This document shows, piece after piece, positions 1 through 11,028 of a stretch of DNA of 61,551 bases. Position numbers and translations under genes: made by a program. The notes under the pieces were generated by a model. The model did no database searches and was not told where the DNA came from. It saw nothing but the letters and a program-made list of their open reading frames with translations. Each line of letters begins with the position of its first letter. Within the stretch, counting starts at the first letter, position 1. The stretch spans positions 1-61,551 of the forward strand of contig JAYWBQ010000043.1 of assembly GCA_043781255.1 (NCBI GenBank), read 5' to 3'. Origin of the DNA: Minisyncoccota bacterium. GTDB taxonomy: Bacteria > Patescibacteriota > Minisyncoccia > Phycocordibacterales > UBA5272.

Positions 1-67
1 TTTCGAGGGGGAAATCTTGCATTTAGCTACAGTCTACAGGCCAAAGTCTAAAGTCGGTCTCTTTTCC

Positions 68-96
68 TTGACTTTCCGTTATCTTTCCTATAGAAT
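68..96 (+). promoter_or_regulatory. Candidate sigma70-type promoter for the 16S rRNA gene
   Basis: TTGACT (68-73), 17-nt spacer, TAGAAT (91-96), about 190 nt upstream of the 16S 5' end. Confidence 0.5.
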
Positions 97-233
97 AGGC
101 ACTACTTCGTACTGATAAAAAGTATGTTGTTATAGTAGTCACTTTGTCAATTGAATACGAAGCTATCAGCTTTATTTTTGTTTCAGAGCAATCTGTTGCA
201 AAGATAAAGTTGAGTGACGCTTCACATACATTA

Positions 234-275
234 CACAAATTGTGCATTTTTTTGTTTTTCTTTTGTCACACTCTA
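234..275 (+). other. 5' arm of the 16S rRNA processing stem
   Basis: cacaaattgtg (234-244) and ttcttttgtcacactcta (258-275) are exact reverse complements of 2100-2110 and 2065-2082 downstream of the 16S. Confidence 0.7.
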
Positions 276-282
276 TTAAATA

Positions 283-1931
<1,649 letters not shown>

Positions 1932-2064
1932 TGAAATTGTTCTACATACGTTTTAGTACGGTGTACGAATCTTGTCGATTATTTAAGTTTTAGATGAGGA
2001 CTTGAAAGTGATCCTTTAACACTTTCCGCGTTACAGCGAAACGTAACAAAAGTCGCGCAAGCGC

Positions 2065-2110
2065 TAGAGTGTGACAAAAGAAAGATAGAAAAATAAAATC
2101 ACAATTTGTG
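2065..2110 (+). other. 3' arm of the 16S rRNA processing stem
   Basis: tagagtgtgacaaaagaa (2065-2082) and cacaatttgtg (2100-2110) pair with 258-275 and 234-244. This closes the 16S into its own stem ~135 nt after the mature 3' end. Confidence 0.7.
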
Positions 2111-2351
2111 TTAATGAATGTAAAATTATCCGATACCCCAAAGGTGCTGCGATTTTTAAAGATTGATTACAATCTAAAAAATCTGGAGTCTCCTTTTGTC
2201 AGATAGATATTTTTGTTCGGTTAATGTACTTCTGTACATCTTCCTTACAAAAAAATCATCTTCCTCGTATCTGGAATAATTTTACCTTCATTAAAAATGT
2301 AGTTTATAAAATATAAAGCCCGCGAAGGGTATTTTTTGTATGGTAGTAGTA

Positions 2352-2386
2352 TAGAAAAAGGGCAGGGTCGCACAGCGACCCTGCCC
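2352..2386 (-). terminator. Intrinsic terminator after the 148-aa gene
   Basis: GC-rich hairpin gggcagggtcgc-acag-gcgaccctgccc (2360-2386), followed on the minus strand by a T-run (plus-strand aaaaa 2355-2359). Confidence 0.75.
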
Positions 2387-2394
2387 ATATTACA

Positions 2395-2841
2395 TTAGCG
2401 TTTCCTGTGAACAGGCATGGTCGCTCGTAATTTAATAACATTACTTTGTATTCGTATCGTTTCCGGAGAAACTTTTTCCTTAATAAGGAATTTCCACTCC
2501 CGAGGCAGTCCTCCATTTTGAGATCGAAAGATTTCAAAGTTTGCCTTTAAATCTTTTTGTGACTTGTAGAAACGTGAAGCTGTTGAGTAATCATCTACTT
2601 CATAGAGATGTCGCCTTACTCCATCAGCACACTCCAGAAATGAAAATTTATCGTCTACCTGCCCTCTTTGAAGTGCACTTGCGATGAGTTCATTTCCATG
2701 AGCACTTGATCCATTCTTGCCATCAATTGCACGAAGAAACCATTTTGTTTTTCTTACAACTTTTTCTCTAGTGGTTGAAGCCTTCCGGTTTGTTTGTGCT
2801 TCAATAGAGGACTTTTTGTCATGGTCTCGCTGTGTAGCCAT
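2395..2841 (-). CDS. Hypothetical protein (148 aa from MATQRDHDKK; basic N-terminus)
   Basis: ORF track 2395..2880. I prefer the internal ATG at 2841 because AGGAG (plus-strand ctcct 2849-2853) lies 7 nt upstream. No family recognised. Confidence 0.55.
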   Translation of the reverse strand: MATQRDHDKKSSIEAQTNRKASTTREKVVRKTKWFLRAIDGKNGSSAHGNELIASALQRGQVDDKFSFLECADGVRRHLYEVDDYSTASRFYKSQKDLKANFEIFRSQNGGLPREWKFLIKEKVSPETIRIQSNVIKLRATMPVHRKR

Positions 2842-2996
2842 TTTAGTACTCCTAAACGTTTTTGTGATAAAAATGATCAATTTCTTATTTCTATCTTAAA
2901 AAATAAGCATTTGCAAATGTAATTTTAGGCTATTAATTTTTTTGGTAACATAGAAATTCCTGTCTTTTTTAGGGAAGACCTGAAGTACATTTTTTG

Positions 2997-3329
2997 CTAA
3001 ATCCTTACTCCTCTTGTGTGGTAATTCACACCTCTTGGGTTATTCATGGCAAGCGTTCGGTTAAAAATACTTTTGAGAGCGTCCCGAGTAGAAGTGTTTC
3101 CGTGGATGTACATAGAAAAGCTTACTTTTTTTGAGACACGTGAAAATGTGTCAAATTTGTAGTTACCGGCTTCTCTTTGTGTATGCATGTATTTTATTAC
3201 ACTGTAAGGTGCATCATAGGCAGTTTGCTTTTTGTCACGGTAGAAAGCATGAAATATAGAAGTAAGTTGTACTGGTCCTTGCACAAAGTTTCGAGTGAGT
3301 TCAAGTATTTTTTCAGTTGTTTTTTTCAT
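2997..3329 (-). CDS. Hypothetical protein (110 aa)
   Basis: Intact ORF on the same strand as the neighbouring 148-aa gene. No family recognised. Confidence 0.45.
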   Translation of the reverse strand: MKKTTEKILELTRNFVQGPVQLTSIFHAFYRDKKQTAYDAPYSVIKYMHTQREAGNYKFDTFSRVSKKVSFSMYIHGNTSTRDALKSIFNRTLAMNNPRGVNYHTRGVRI

Positions 3330-3549
3330 CTTTTGCTACTACACGCCAGAAGCGATTTTCAAGATTAGTATATTTACTGAAGTTTTTTGGCATAGTATAT
3401 CCTGTTGATTTTTGAACAAATTCCTCCTTTATCCTACTCGTAAAATTACATATGTCAAGTAATGTAGGGAATGGTTTTTTGATAGGTATTGACTTTTATA
3501 TACTTTTATGATATTGTAAGTTTATCGTTTAACTAACCGGAGTTCTTTT

Positions 3550-3765
3550 ATGGCAAAAATTTTAGGCACTGTGGGCGGGATCCTTTTCTTCGTTCTAGTT
3601 GGAGTTTTTTTCTTCAATGAGGTGATGAAAACACCTGTCGCGGAGATTTCCTTAGATGGAAAATGTCTACGAGTCCTCAATGAAGAGGGTCAAAGTATTC
3701 CAGAGGGTTGTGAGCTCCTTGAAGTAGGGAAACTTGTAACTGAGTATCGTTACGTTGCCCGCTAA
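3550..3765 (+). CDS. Small membrane-anchored hypothetical protein (71 aa)
   Basis: N-terminal hydrophobic helix ILGTVGGILFFVLVGVFFF. Followed by a strong terminator. Confidence 0.5.
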   Translation: MAKILGTVGGILFFVLVGVFFFNEVMKTPVAEISLDGKCLRVLNEEGQSIPEGCELLEVGKLVTEYRYVAR

Positions 3766-3784
3766 CTAACTTTTCCACTGCATC

Positions 3785-3816
3785 AAGCCGGTTCCGCGTA
3801 CGCGGACCGGCTTTTC
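3785..3816 (+). terminator. Intrinsic terminator
   Basis: Hairpin aagccggttccgcg-ta-cgcggaccggctt followed by ttt. Confidence 0.7.
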
Positions 3817-3865
3817 TAATGCCTTAATATATGGTAGTATGTCAGTTACAGAAAGTAAGTATATA

Positions 3866-4057
3866 CGCGGTTAGCTCGAGACGGCTCGGCCACGAAGATG
3901 TCGAAAGCTAGCAAGCTTTCGACATAGTTGGTAGATTGTGTTTATGTCAAAACGCGTTCATTTTTACACGATTTCGAATTAGCAAATTCGTGGCTTTGCC
4001 ATAGACGCTTAAAAATCGAACGTGCACACGGTGAGCAGGTGAAGAATATAAAAATAT
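3866..4057 (+). other. Conserved structured element upstream of tRNA-Ile (copy 1 of 2; possible ncRNA or structured tRNA leader)
   Basis: Homologous block by block to the minus-strand sequence upstream of tRNA-Val (40234-40436). Contains hairpins gtcgaaagc-tagcaa-gctttcgac and gaatt-agca-aattc. A TAGTAT -10-like box lies just upstream (3838-3843). Confidence 0.5.
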
Positions 4058-4130
4058 GCGCGGTTAGCTCAGTTGGTAGAGCACTCGACTGATACTCGAG
4101 CGGTCCCTGGTTCGAATCCAGGACCGCGCA
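4058..4130 (+). tRNA. tRNA-Ile (anticodon GAU)
   Basis: Manual cloverleaf: GCGCGGU/UA/GCUC-AGUUGGUAG-AGC/A/CUCGA-CUGAUAC-UCGAG/CGGUC/CCUGG-UUCGAAU-CCAGG/ACCGCGC/A. CCA is not encoded. Confidence 0.9.
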
Positions 4131-4141
4131 CAAAATATAAA

Positions 4142-4170
4142 ATACCGAAGATTTATCTTCGGTATTTTAT
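4142..4170 (+). terminator. Intrinsic terminator after tRNA-Ile
   Basis: ataccgaaga-ttta-tcttcggtat followed by tttt. Confidence 0.75.
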
Positions 4171-4193
4171 ATTTTAAATGTATACTTCAAACT

Positions 4194-4679
4194 ATGAAAG
4201 AATTTCAACCAGGGGCGTATTCTAATGAAGAAGCTCCAAAGCAAGGGAAAAGAGGCTTTATCCGTGGAATGATTGCAGGAGCTGTTGGATTTTATGTCGG
4301 GAATAAATATCTCAAAAAGGAGCAAGAAATAAATAATTTTTATAAGCAATTTGAAGGCAAGGAAGGAAGTTATGAAGTGGCATCTGAAGCTGCGTTATTG
4401 CTGATAAGTGAAATGAAAATGAGTAATCTGGATAACGTGTTACTGAGTGGAACAGGTAATCCAAATGAAAGAATTGAAGTACTTCGTTCTTATTTGACTC
4501 GACACCTTAACACAAAAGGTATTGGAGACAAGTATCCTTTCCAAAAACAAATCATTGAGAGAGGTTTTTACACAAAAGACAATCTTGCTTTAATTAATAG
4601 TGCGGCTGGGTATTTTTCGCAACCTCCTATTCCTCAAAATCCACAAGGTCCTTCAGATTATTCTCGTAGTGAGGTTTAG
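4194..4679 (+). CDS. Hypothetical membrane-anchored protein (161 aa)
   Basis: One hydrophobic segment GMIAGAVGFYVG. No family recognised. Confidence 0.55.
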   Translation: MKEFQPGAYSNEEAPKQGKRGFIRGMIAGAVGFYVGNKYLKKEQEINNFYKQFEGKEGSYEVASEAALLLISEMKMSNLDNVLLSGTGNPNERIEVLRSYLTRHLNTKGIGDKYPFQKQIIERGFYTKDNLALINSAAGYFSQPPIPQNPQGPSDYSRSEV

Positions 4680-4717
4680 CTGTATACTTCCCTCTGTCAT
4701 TTTGCTATCCTTACCTG

Positions 4718-5719
4718 ATGGAAATCAATAAAGTTTCCCTTAAAAATTATTCGTCGCTTCATATTGGCGGGGAAGGGGATATGCTTGTGATTGCAACTAT
4801 GAAAGAGCTTACTCGGGCTTGTATGTTTGCACAACGAGAGCAAAGAAAAATAGTTATCTTAGGGGGAGGAACAAACACATATTTTGGGACTGTTTTAGAA
4901 AACATTCTTGTTCTTAAAATAGAAATTAAAGGTATCTCGTTGGAAGAGAGAGAAGATCTAACTTTTATAACTGCACACGCGGGGGAAGTGTGGGATGATC
5001 TTGTTCAGTTTTGTGAAACAAAAAATTTGTGGGGGATAGAAAATCTTTCGTATATCCCAGGAACAGTAGGAGCAGCCCCTGTCCAAAATATCGGTGCGTA
5101 TGGCGTAGAACTTAAAGATACCCTGGTAACACTCTCTGCACTTGATACTAAGACGATGAACAGTGTAGAAATTAGTAACCATGCTTGTGAGTTTGGCTAC
5201 AGGGACTCACTCTTTAAGCGCGAGAGAGGTCGGTATATTATTATTTCAATAACGCTTAAACTTTCAAAAAGTAGCAGTCCGGCTTTAAGTTATAAACCAC
5301 TCAATACGTTACTAAAAGATGAAAATCTAACTCCAGAAGTTATAAGAAACTTGGTTATCACAACACGAAAAGCAAAACTCCCAGACTGGAAAGAATATCC
5401 AAACGCGGGGTCATTTTTTAAGAATGCGGTGGTGAGTGATGCGGAGGCCGAAGGCCTCCGCATCAAGTACCCTGACATGCCGCTTGTACCACACTTAAAA
5501 GGCTTCAAAATCCCCACAGCATGGCTTATTGAGCACATTGTACACATGAAAGGGGTGCGAGTTGGTGATATTGGCACATGGCCAAATCAGCCTCTTGTAC
5601 TCATTAATTATGGGGATGCAACCGCCAAAGAGTTAAACAGCTTCGCACGAAATATTATTGATTTAGTGAAAAATGAAACAGGAATCACTCTTGAAAAAGA
5701 AGTTAATTTTGTTGAGTAA
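4718..5719 (+). CDS. murB: UDP-N-acetylenolpyruvoylglucosamine reductase
   Basis: FAD-binding N-terminus (VILGGGTNTYF), IPGTVGAAPVQNIGAYGVE, EFGYRDSLFK and AGSFFKN motifs typical of MurB. Confidence 0.9.
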   Translation: MEINKVSLKNYSSLHIGGEGDMLVIATMKELTRACMFAQREQRKIVILGGGTNTYFGTVLENILVLKIEIKGISLEEREDLTFITAHAGEVWDDLVQFCETKNLWGIENLSYIPGTVGAAPVQNIGAYGVELKDTLVTLSALDTKTMNSVEISNHACEFGYRDSLFKRERGRYIIISITLKLSKSSSPALSYKPLNTLLKDENLTPEVIRNLVITTRKAKLPDWKEYPNAGSFFKNAVVSDAEAEGLRIKYPDMPLVPHLKGFKIPTAWLIEHIVHMKGVRVGDIGTWPNQPLVLINYGDATAKELNSFARNIIDLVKNETGITLEKEVNFVE

Positions 5720-5837
5720 AGGAGCTAAATTATTTGCATATAGTATAAAATTGTGTTATTATATAGATATCGCTCAACGCACTGTGTGTTGCGCGCTTTT
5801 ATTTTCAAAAATTAGAAGTTCTTTAGAAAAGGTAAAT

Positions 5838-6197
5838 ATGACAAAATTGTTTGATTCTCGTAATTACAACGATCTGATTGAGATGGATTTCAGAGAATGC
5901 CCAAAAATTCTTACCATTGGCCGGCATGCTGACCTTGAAGAAACGACTCAAGTTTATTGTGTGGATGTAATATCAGGTGAAAAACTTGCTTATTTTGTTC
6001 CTGAGCAAAAACTCCTTAGTCGTCAAGGTCCAGAGCTCTCAATCTTTCACCTTGTAAAAGTCTCAAAACAGCAAAATATACAGCCAACACATTGGCTAGT
6101 TATCTACAGTGTTTCTCGTAAAGGGTTTCTCGTACCAATTGAAGTCTTTGATGACAATGGTCTAGATCATAATCTTTCAGTTGGAATTGAAAAGTGA
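5838..6197 (+). CDS. Hypothetical protein (119 aa from MTKLFDSR)
   Basis: ORF track 5673..6197 overlaps the murB 3' end, so the internal ATG at 5838 is preferred. Confidence 0.45.
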   Translation: MTKLFDSRNYNDLIEMDFRECPKILTIGRHADLEETTQVYCVDVISGEKLAYFVPEQKLLSRQGPELSIFHLVKVSKQQNIQPTHWLVIYSVSRKGFLVPIEVFDDNGLDHNLSVGIEK

Positions 6198-6384
6198 AAA
6201 ATTAGCTAGGTATTGGCTGAGACTGTATCTAGTGGTAGTGTTAAATTTCCTCTTGTTAAGGTTACAAAACAACTTGATAAACAGATTGGAGAAAGGTATT
6301 AAAAATGCACGTAGAGTTTGATTTGGATCTGGAGGGCGTCTAGCTCTTTCAGAAGTTGTTCATAAAAATTGAGAAAGGGAAAAA

Positions 6385-6642
6385 ATGGAAAAATACGATG
6401 ACATTGTGATCCTCCCTGTTGGGTTCACTCCGGTTGATTCACTCATGAATCCGCCAGATAATCCACGAAGGTTAACTGCCCCGGAACTGAGGAGACAACA
6501 ATTAATTGATTCCTTAAAACGTCCTGTACGATTTGTCATATGTTGCGGTATTGTTGTTGTACGATATGTCGTACGTCACGGTATCGTTGCTGTGTCGGTT
6601 GTCGCTGCAGCTTTTACTGTTGCAAAAGTCCCATTTCCTTGA
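6385..6642 (+). CDS. Hypothetical protein with C-terminal hydrophobic segment (85 aa)
   Basis: ORF only. An alternative-frame ORF (6540..6737) overlaps it. Confidence 0.35.
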   Translation: MEKYDDIVILPVGFTPVDSLMNPPDNPRRLTAPELRRQQLIDSLKRPVRFVICCGIVVVRYVVRHGIVAVSVVAAAFTVAKVPFP

Positions 6643-6742
6643 GACTTCGGTTTCAAGGAACAAAACAAGGCCTTGATGTCTCACGACGTCGGGCCTTTTT
6701 ATTTTCTAACCCTTTATGTGTTAGGATACAAAGATAACTACA

Positions 6743-7453
6743 ATGACTGAGATTATTGAAGAAACAACTGGTGTGCTCTATATCGTACCAACGCCAATTG
6801 GAAATCTCGAAGACATGACACTTCGAGCTATTCGTGTTTTAAAAGAAGTAGATATGGTCTTATGTGAAGACACTTCCGTTACTCAGCGACTTTTTAAAGA
6901 GTATGAGATTAGTACAAAGACTACTGTTTTTTATGCACAGACGGGAATCAAAAATATTGAAAAGATTATGAAAATGCTTGAAGAAGGAAAATCTCTTGCG
7001 CTTGTGTCAGATGCAGGGACTCCAACCATATCTGACCCTGGCGTACTTTTGGTAGATATGGTACGAAAGGAATTACCTCTTGTAAAAATTGTAGCTCTTC
7101 CTGGTGCTTCAGCTCTCACTACAGCACTCTCTTCTTCTGGAATAACTTCATCAACATTTACATTTTATGGTTTTTTACCTCATAAAAAAGGGAGAGAAAC
7201 ACTTTTTAAGATAATTGCAGAAAATGCTATGACATCGGTATTTTATGAATCAGTTCATAGAATTGAAAAAACTCTTCTGTCACTTTCATTAGTACTTGAC
7301 GACCAGCGTCAGGTAGTGATTGCTCGCGAGCTCACCAAGATGTATGAAGAAATTGTGAGAGGAACAGCAACAGAGGTTAAAGAGTATTTTATAAATAATA
7401 AAGACCATATTCGAGGGGAGTTTGTAGTGATTGTAGAAAAAAGAGGGTTATAG
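6743..7453 (+). CDS. rsmI: 16S rRNA (cytidine1402-2'-O)-methyltransferase
   Basis: LYIVPTPIGNLEDMTLRA, CEDT, LVSDAGTPTISDPG, LPGASA, ESVHR and ARELTKMYEE: the tetrapyrrole-methylase-fold RsmI signature. Confidence 0.9.
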   Translation: MTEIIEETTGVLYIVPTPIGNLEDMTLRAIRVLKEVDMVLCEDTSVTQRLFKEYEISTKTTVFYAQTGIKNIEKIMKMLEEGKSLALVSDAGTPTISDPGVLLVDMVRKELPLVKIVALPGASALTTALSSSGITSSTFTFYGFLPHKKGRETLFKIIAENAMTSVFYESVHRIEKTLLSLSLVLDDQRQVVIARELTKMYEEIVRGTATEVKEYFINNKDHIRGEFVVIVEKRGL

Positions 7454-7538
7454 GTTGTAGTCGGTAGGTTGTAGGAAGATCTATAATTATCTATAACAAA
7501 CCTATTCCCTACAACCTAATTTCTGATATACTGTCCCT

Positions 7539-7751
7539 ATGTCACCACTCGGAATAAAACGTGCAGTAGCTTTTCTTTTGGTACTTTCTCCATGGATATT
7601 TATTCCTGGAGTTTTTAAAGATATTATTTTTATTTTTGCGGGTATTTTATTATTTATAAGTACGCTTGATTTACGAAAAAAAGTTGTTCACAGTGACCAT
7701 CACCAGGAAACCGAAAGCCGGCCGATAATCTCACACACAGTGAAGACATGA
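7539..7751 (+). CDS. Small integral membrane protein (70 aa)
   Basis: Two hydrophobic helices. Its stop TGA overlaps the next ATG (ATGA at 7748-7751). Confidence 0.5.
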   Translation: MSPLGIKRAVAFLLVLSPWIFIPGVFKDIIFIFAGILLFISTLDLRKKVVHSDHHQETESRPIISHTVKT

Positions 7752-8944
7752 AACAATTTACGATTGTTCTGTTAGTTCTTTCACTTTTTATATTCTGGAT
7801 ATTTGGAAACAAAGATTCTTCATTTCATGATGTTGGGTCTCTTGGCACTAAAGTGTATTCAAAAAATGATAGTATGACAGCAACCTCGAGTTCCCCAATT
7901 ACTTCACCAGAAGTAATAAATAAAACATCGACAGACACACCCAAAGCACCTATTATTAGTCATATAGAAACACCAGAACATGTAAAAGCTGTCTATATGT
8001 CAAGTTGGGTAGCAGGGACGCCGTCAGTGCGAGCACGCCTCATTACATTAATCGACACCACAGAACTTAATGCAGTCGTGATAGATGTAAAAGATAACAC
8101 AGGTCTTCTTAGTTGGAACGGACGGATACATGATCTTGATGAACTCATTAAAGAACTTCACGAGAAGCATATTTATGTGATTGCTCGTATCGCATCATTT
8201 CAAGATCCTCTCTATGTGAAGTTGCACCCGGATCAAGCTGTTACCAATGTCATAACGGGTAAGATTTGGAAAGATAGAAAAGGAGTGCCGTGGGTAGATA
8301 CTGGGAGTCATGCTATGTGGGAGTATCTCGTTAGTGTTGGGAAAGAAGCTCATGATCGAGGGTTTGATGAGCTTAACTTTGATTATATACGTTTCCCAAC
8401 TGACGGCGACTTAAAAGCAATGCGCTACCCAATTTCTAAAGAAAGGGGCTTAAATGACAAACGAGGAATTGTTAAAGAATTTTATACATATCTTCATAAT
8501 GAGTTCTCGCCACTTTCTATTCCTATCTCAGGAGACTTATTTGGTATTATTGCAACAAATGCAAATGAGACAAAAACTCTTGGTCAGGACCTTGGGGATG
8601 CGCTAGAAAATTTCAACTATGTAGCACTCATGGTATACCCGTCTCACTTTTATAAAGGAACAGCTGGGTACGATAATCCAGCAGCACACCCTGGAGAGAT
8701 TATTACTTTTTCAACAAAAGGTGCAATTGCTGTCGCAATAGCTACGGCAAGTTCTACTGGGGTTGCATCAAGTACACTCATTGCAAAACTCCGTCCTTGG
8801 TATCAAGATTTTGATATGGGCGCAGTGTATACAAAAGAGATGGTGCGTGCACAGATAAGTGCAGGGGAGAAGTTTGGAGTCAATTCATGGATGTTGTGGG
8901 ATCCGGCAAATAAATATACTCCCGCTGCTTTAAAGTCACAGTAG
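7748..8944 (+). CDS. Putative glycoside-hydrolase-like TIM-barrel protein (COG1306/DUF4015-type), membrane anchored
   Basis: N-terminal TM helix. Motifs VKAVYMSSW, LNAVVIDVKD and FDELNFDYIRFPTDG are characteristic of this family. Confidence 0.65.
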   Translation: MKQFTIVLLVLSLFIFWIFGNKDSSFHDVGSLGTKVYSKNDSMTATSSSPITSPEVINKTSTDTPKAPIISHIETPEHVKAVYMSSWVAGTPSVRARLITLIDTTELNAVVIDVKDNTGLLSWNGRIHDLDELIKELHEKHIYVIARIASFQDPLYVKLHPDQAVTNVITGKIWKDRKGVPWVDTGSHAMWEYLVSVGKEAHDRGFDELNFDYIRFPTDGDLKAMRYPISKERGLNDKRGIVKEFYTYLHNEFSPLSIPISGDLFGIIATNANETKTLGQDLGDALENFNYVALMVYPSHFYKGTAGYDNPAAHPGEIITFSTKGAIAVAIATASSTGVASSTLIAKLRPWYQDFDMGAVYTKEMVRAQISAGEKFGVNSWMLWDPANKYTPAALKSQ

Positions 8945-8993
8945 TACCCTCATATACTTTTTTCCGTCTCCTATCTACGCTATACTATGTAAC

Positions 8994-11018
8994 ATGTCTG
9001 ACAGTAATCCTTCACAGAAAGTAACCTATATCGGAAAAGTTGACTATCGTAACAAAGAGCTTCCCTTTGGTATTAAAGCAAAAGATAGAACAAGGCACAC
9101 CTATGTGATCGGTAAGACAGGCATGGGAAAGTCTACTCTTCTAGAAAATTTAGCTATTCAAGATATCAATAACGGTGAAGGAATCTGTATACTTGATCCT
9201 CATGGGTCCATGGCAGAAAAACTTCTTGACCACATCCCTGAATCACGTATCAAAGACGTGGTGTATTTTGCGCCATTTGACGGAGACTATCCGATTGGAT
9301 TAAATGTCCTTGAAAAAGTTGATGCAGATAAAAGATATCTCGTAGCAAATGGTGTCATGGCAGCGTTTAAGAAGTTATTTAAGGATCAGTTCTCTGCTCG
9401 CATGGAGTACATTCTTAACAACATTATTTTAGCACTTCTTGAAAATGATGGACAGTCGCTTCTTGGTGTTAACCGAATGTTGATTGATAAAGAATACCGT
9501 AAGTCGATCGTAGCAAATGTGACTGACCCTACGGTAAAAGATTTTTGGGAGAAAGAGTATGCAAACTACACTGATAAATTCGCGGCAGAAGCAGCTCCTG
9601 CTATTCAAAATAAAGTTGGACAATTTGTTGCTAACCCGCTCATTCGAAATATTATTGGACAGAAAAAAACTTCGTTTGATATTCGAAAGTTGATGGATGA
9701 AAAAAAGATTCTCATCGTAAATCTTTCCAAAGGAAAAGTTGGCGAAGGGAATGCAAATCTCATCGGGTCACTCTTGGTTACCAAGATTTATCTTGCAGCA
9801 ATGTCTCGTGCTGATGCTGGTCCATATGAACTTGAAAAACTCCCCCCATTTTATTTTTATGTGGATGAATTTCAAAACTTTGCTAATGAGTCATTTGCTT
9901 CTATCTTATCTGAAGCTCGTAAATACAACCTCGCGCTCACGGTAGCACACCAGTATGTGGAGCAGATGGAAGATGAGGTGAAAGCTGCGGTATTTGGTAA
10001 CGTGGGTACTATGATTGTATTTCGTGTTGGAGCAAGTGATGCAGAGATTTTTGAAAAAGAGTTTGCACCGACGTTCATCATGGATGACATTGTGAACCTT
10101 TCTGCTCACCAGATTTATTTGCGACTCATGATTGATGGAGTCGGATCTATCCCATTTTCAGCACACACGCTTGATCCGATTCGTCAGCCAGCAACGTCAC
10201 ATGCAGATGCGATTATTGCACACACTCGTGCTACCTACGGCAGGCCAAAATTTGCAGTAGAAGAGGAAGTTATTGCATTTTATACACCAGCTAAAAAAGA
10301 AGAACGACCAGGAGATAAGCAGTCTGATCGTCCTGAAAAGCCTCAATATCAAGAGAAAAAGAAAGAAACCTATCAGCCACATTCGCCGATATCAAGATAT
10401 CCGATTCCTCCACAAGTAATACCAGAACAGAGTGTTCCAAGGGAAGATTTTCCTCCTCGTAAAGAAGGATGGCAAGAAAAGTCAAAACAGCAAGAACAGT
10501 TAGAGTCTCAACCGGAAGCACAGCCTTTTATACGAGAAGAACGAAAGCTTCCAATTCGAAAAATTACTGACAGCACACCACTTCCTCCACGAAGAGTTGA
10601 GTCAAAAAGAGAAGAGAGAAAAGAAGTCACCAAACAAGATGTGTATGTTGATACAAGAAAGATAGAAGAAGTTTTTCATCAGCCTCCACAAGCTAAGCGT
10701 CCAGCGTATCAAGCTGACCGAAGTCGTTTTCGAGACCAGGTGCCCCTTCAGCATATTTCTAGACCAACTTTTGATGATAAGCCTGCATTATCTCTTAAGG
10801 ACGCGTTAGCAAAAGCGCTCAGTGAGCACAAAACAGAATCAGTAAAGATACACGAAAGTAGATCAAGTGAAGATTTTATTCCCATTGTAAAACCTACTGA
10901 ACAAGAAAAACCGAAACCTCAATATAGTGATGATGAGAAAAAGTACAACGAAAAGATAGAACTTAAAATTAGAAAAGAAATTGACGAAGAGGTACTTCGT
11001 AAGCTTTTAGAAGATTAA
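8994..11018 (+). CDS. TraD/VirD4-like (T4SS coupling-protein-type) P-loop ATPase, soluble, with a ~260-aa K/E/P/Q-rich disordered tail
   Basis: Walker A GKTGMGKST, Walker B FYFYVDEFQNF, TVAHQY. No N-terminal TM helices. Low-complexity C-terminus from about residue 415. Confidence 0.7.
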   Translation: MSDSNPSQKVTYIGKVDYRNKELPFGIKAKDRTRHTYVIGKTGMGKSTLLENLAIQDINNGEGICILDPHGSMAEKLLDHIPESRIKDVVYFAPFDGDYPIGLNVLEKVDADKRYLVANGVMAAFKKLFKDQFSARMEYILNNIILALLENDGQSLLGVNRMLIDKEYRKSIVANVTDPTVKDFWEKEYANYTDKFAAEAAPAIQNKVGQFVANPLIRNIIGQKKTSFDIRKLMDEKKILIVNLSKGKVGEGNANLIGSLLVTKIYLAAMSRADAGPYELEKLPPFYFYVDEFQNFANESFASILSEARKYNLALTVAHQYVEQMEDEVKAAVFGNVGTMIVFRVGASDAEIFEKEFAPTFIMDDIVNLSAHQIYLRLMIDGVGSIPFSAHTLDPIRQPATSHADAIIAHTRATYGRPKFAVEEEVIAFYTPAKKEERPGDKQSDRPEKPQYQEKKKETYQPHSPISRYPIPPQVIPEQSVPREDFPPRKEGWQEKSKQQEQLESQPEAQPFIREERKLPIRKITDSTPLPPRRVESKREERKEVTKQDVYVDTRKIEEVFHQPPQAKRPAYQADRSRFRDQVPLQHISRPTFDDKPALSLKDALAKALSEHKTESVKIHESRSSEDFIPIVKPTEQEKPKPQYSDDEKKYNEKIELKIRKEIDEEVLRKLLED

Positions 11019-11028
11019 TTACTATCAT

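Noticed and set aside
3866-3940. Possible second tRNA with a ~50-nt insertion in the D-loop (gcggttagctc ... agttggtaga mimics the tRNA-Ile 5' end)
   Set aside because: No anticodon arm, T-arm or acceptor 3' strand follows. The same segment is conserved upstream of tRNA-Val, so it is treated as part of the paralogous leader element, perhaps derived from an ancient tRNA fragment.
3942-4133. 63-aa ORF on the minus strand
   Set aside because: Antisense to tRNA-Ile and its leader. Spurious.
7454-7538. 11-bp inverted repeat taggttgtagg / cctacaaccta with a duplicated ggttgtag between rsmI and the next gene
   Set aside because: A real palindrome, but with a long AT-rich loop and no T-tract. Most simply it is a weak terminator or spacer structure, and not distinctive enough to report as a finding.
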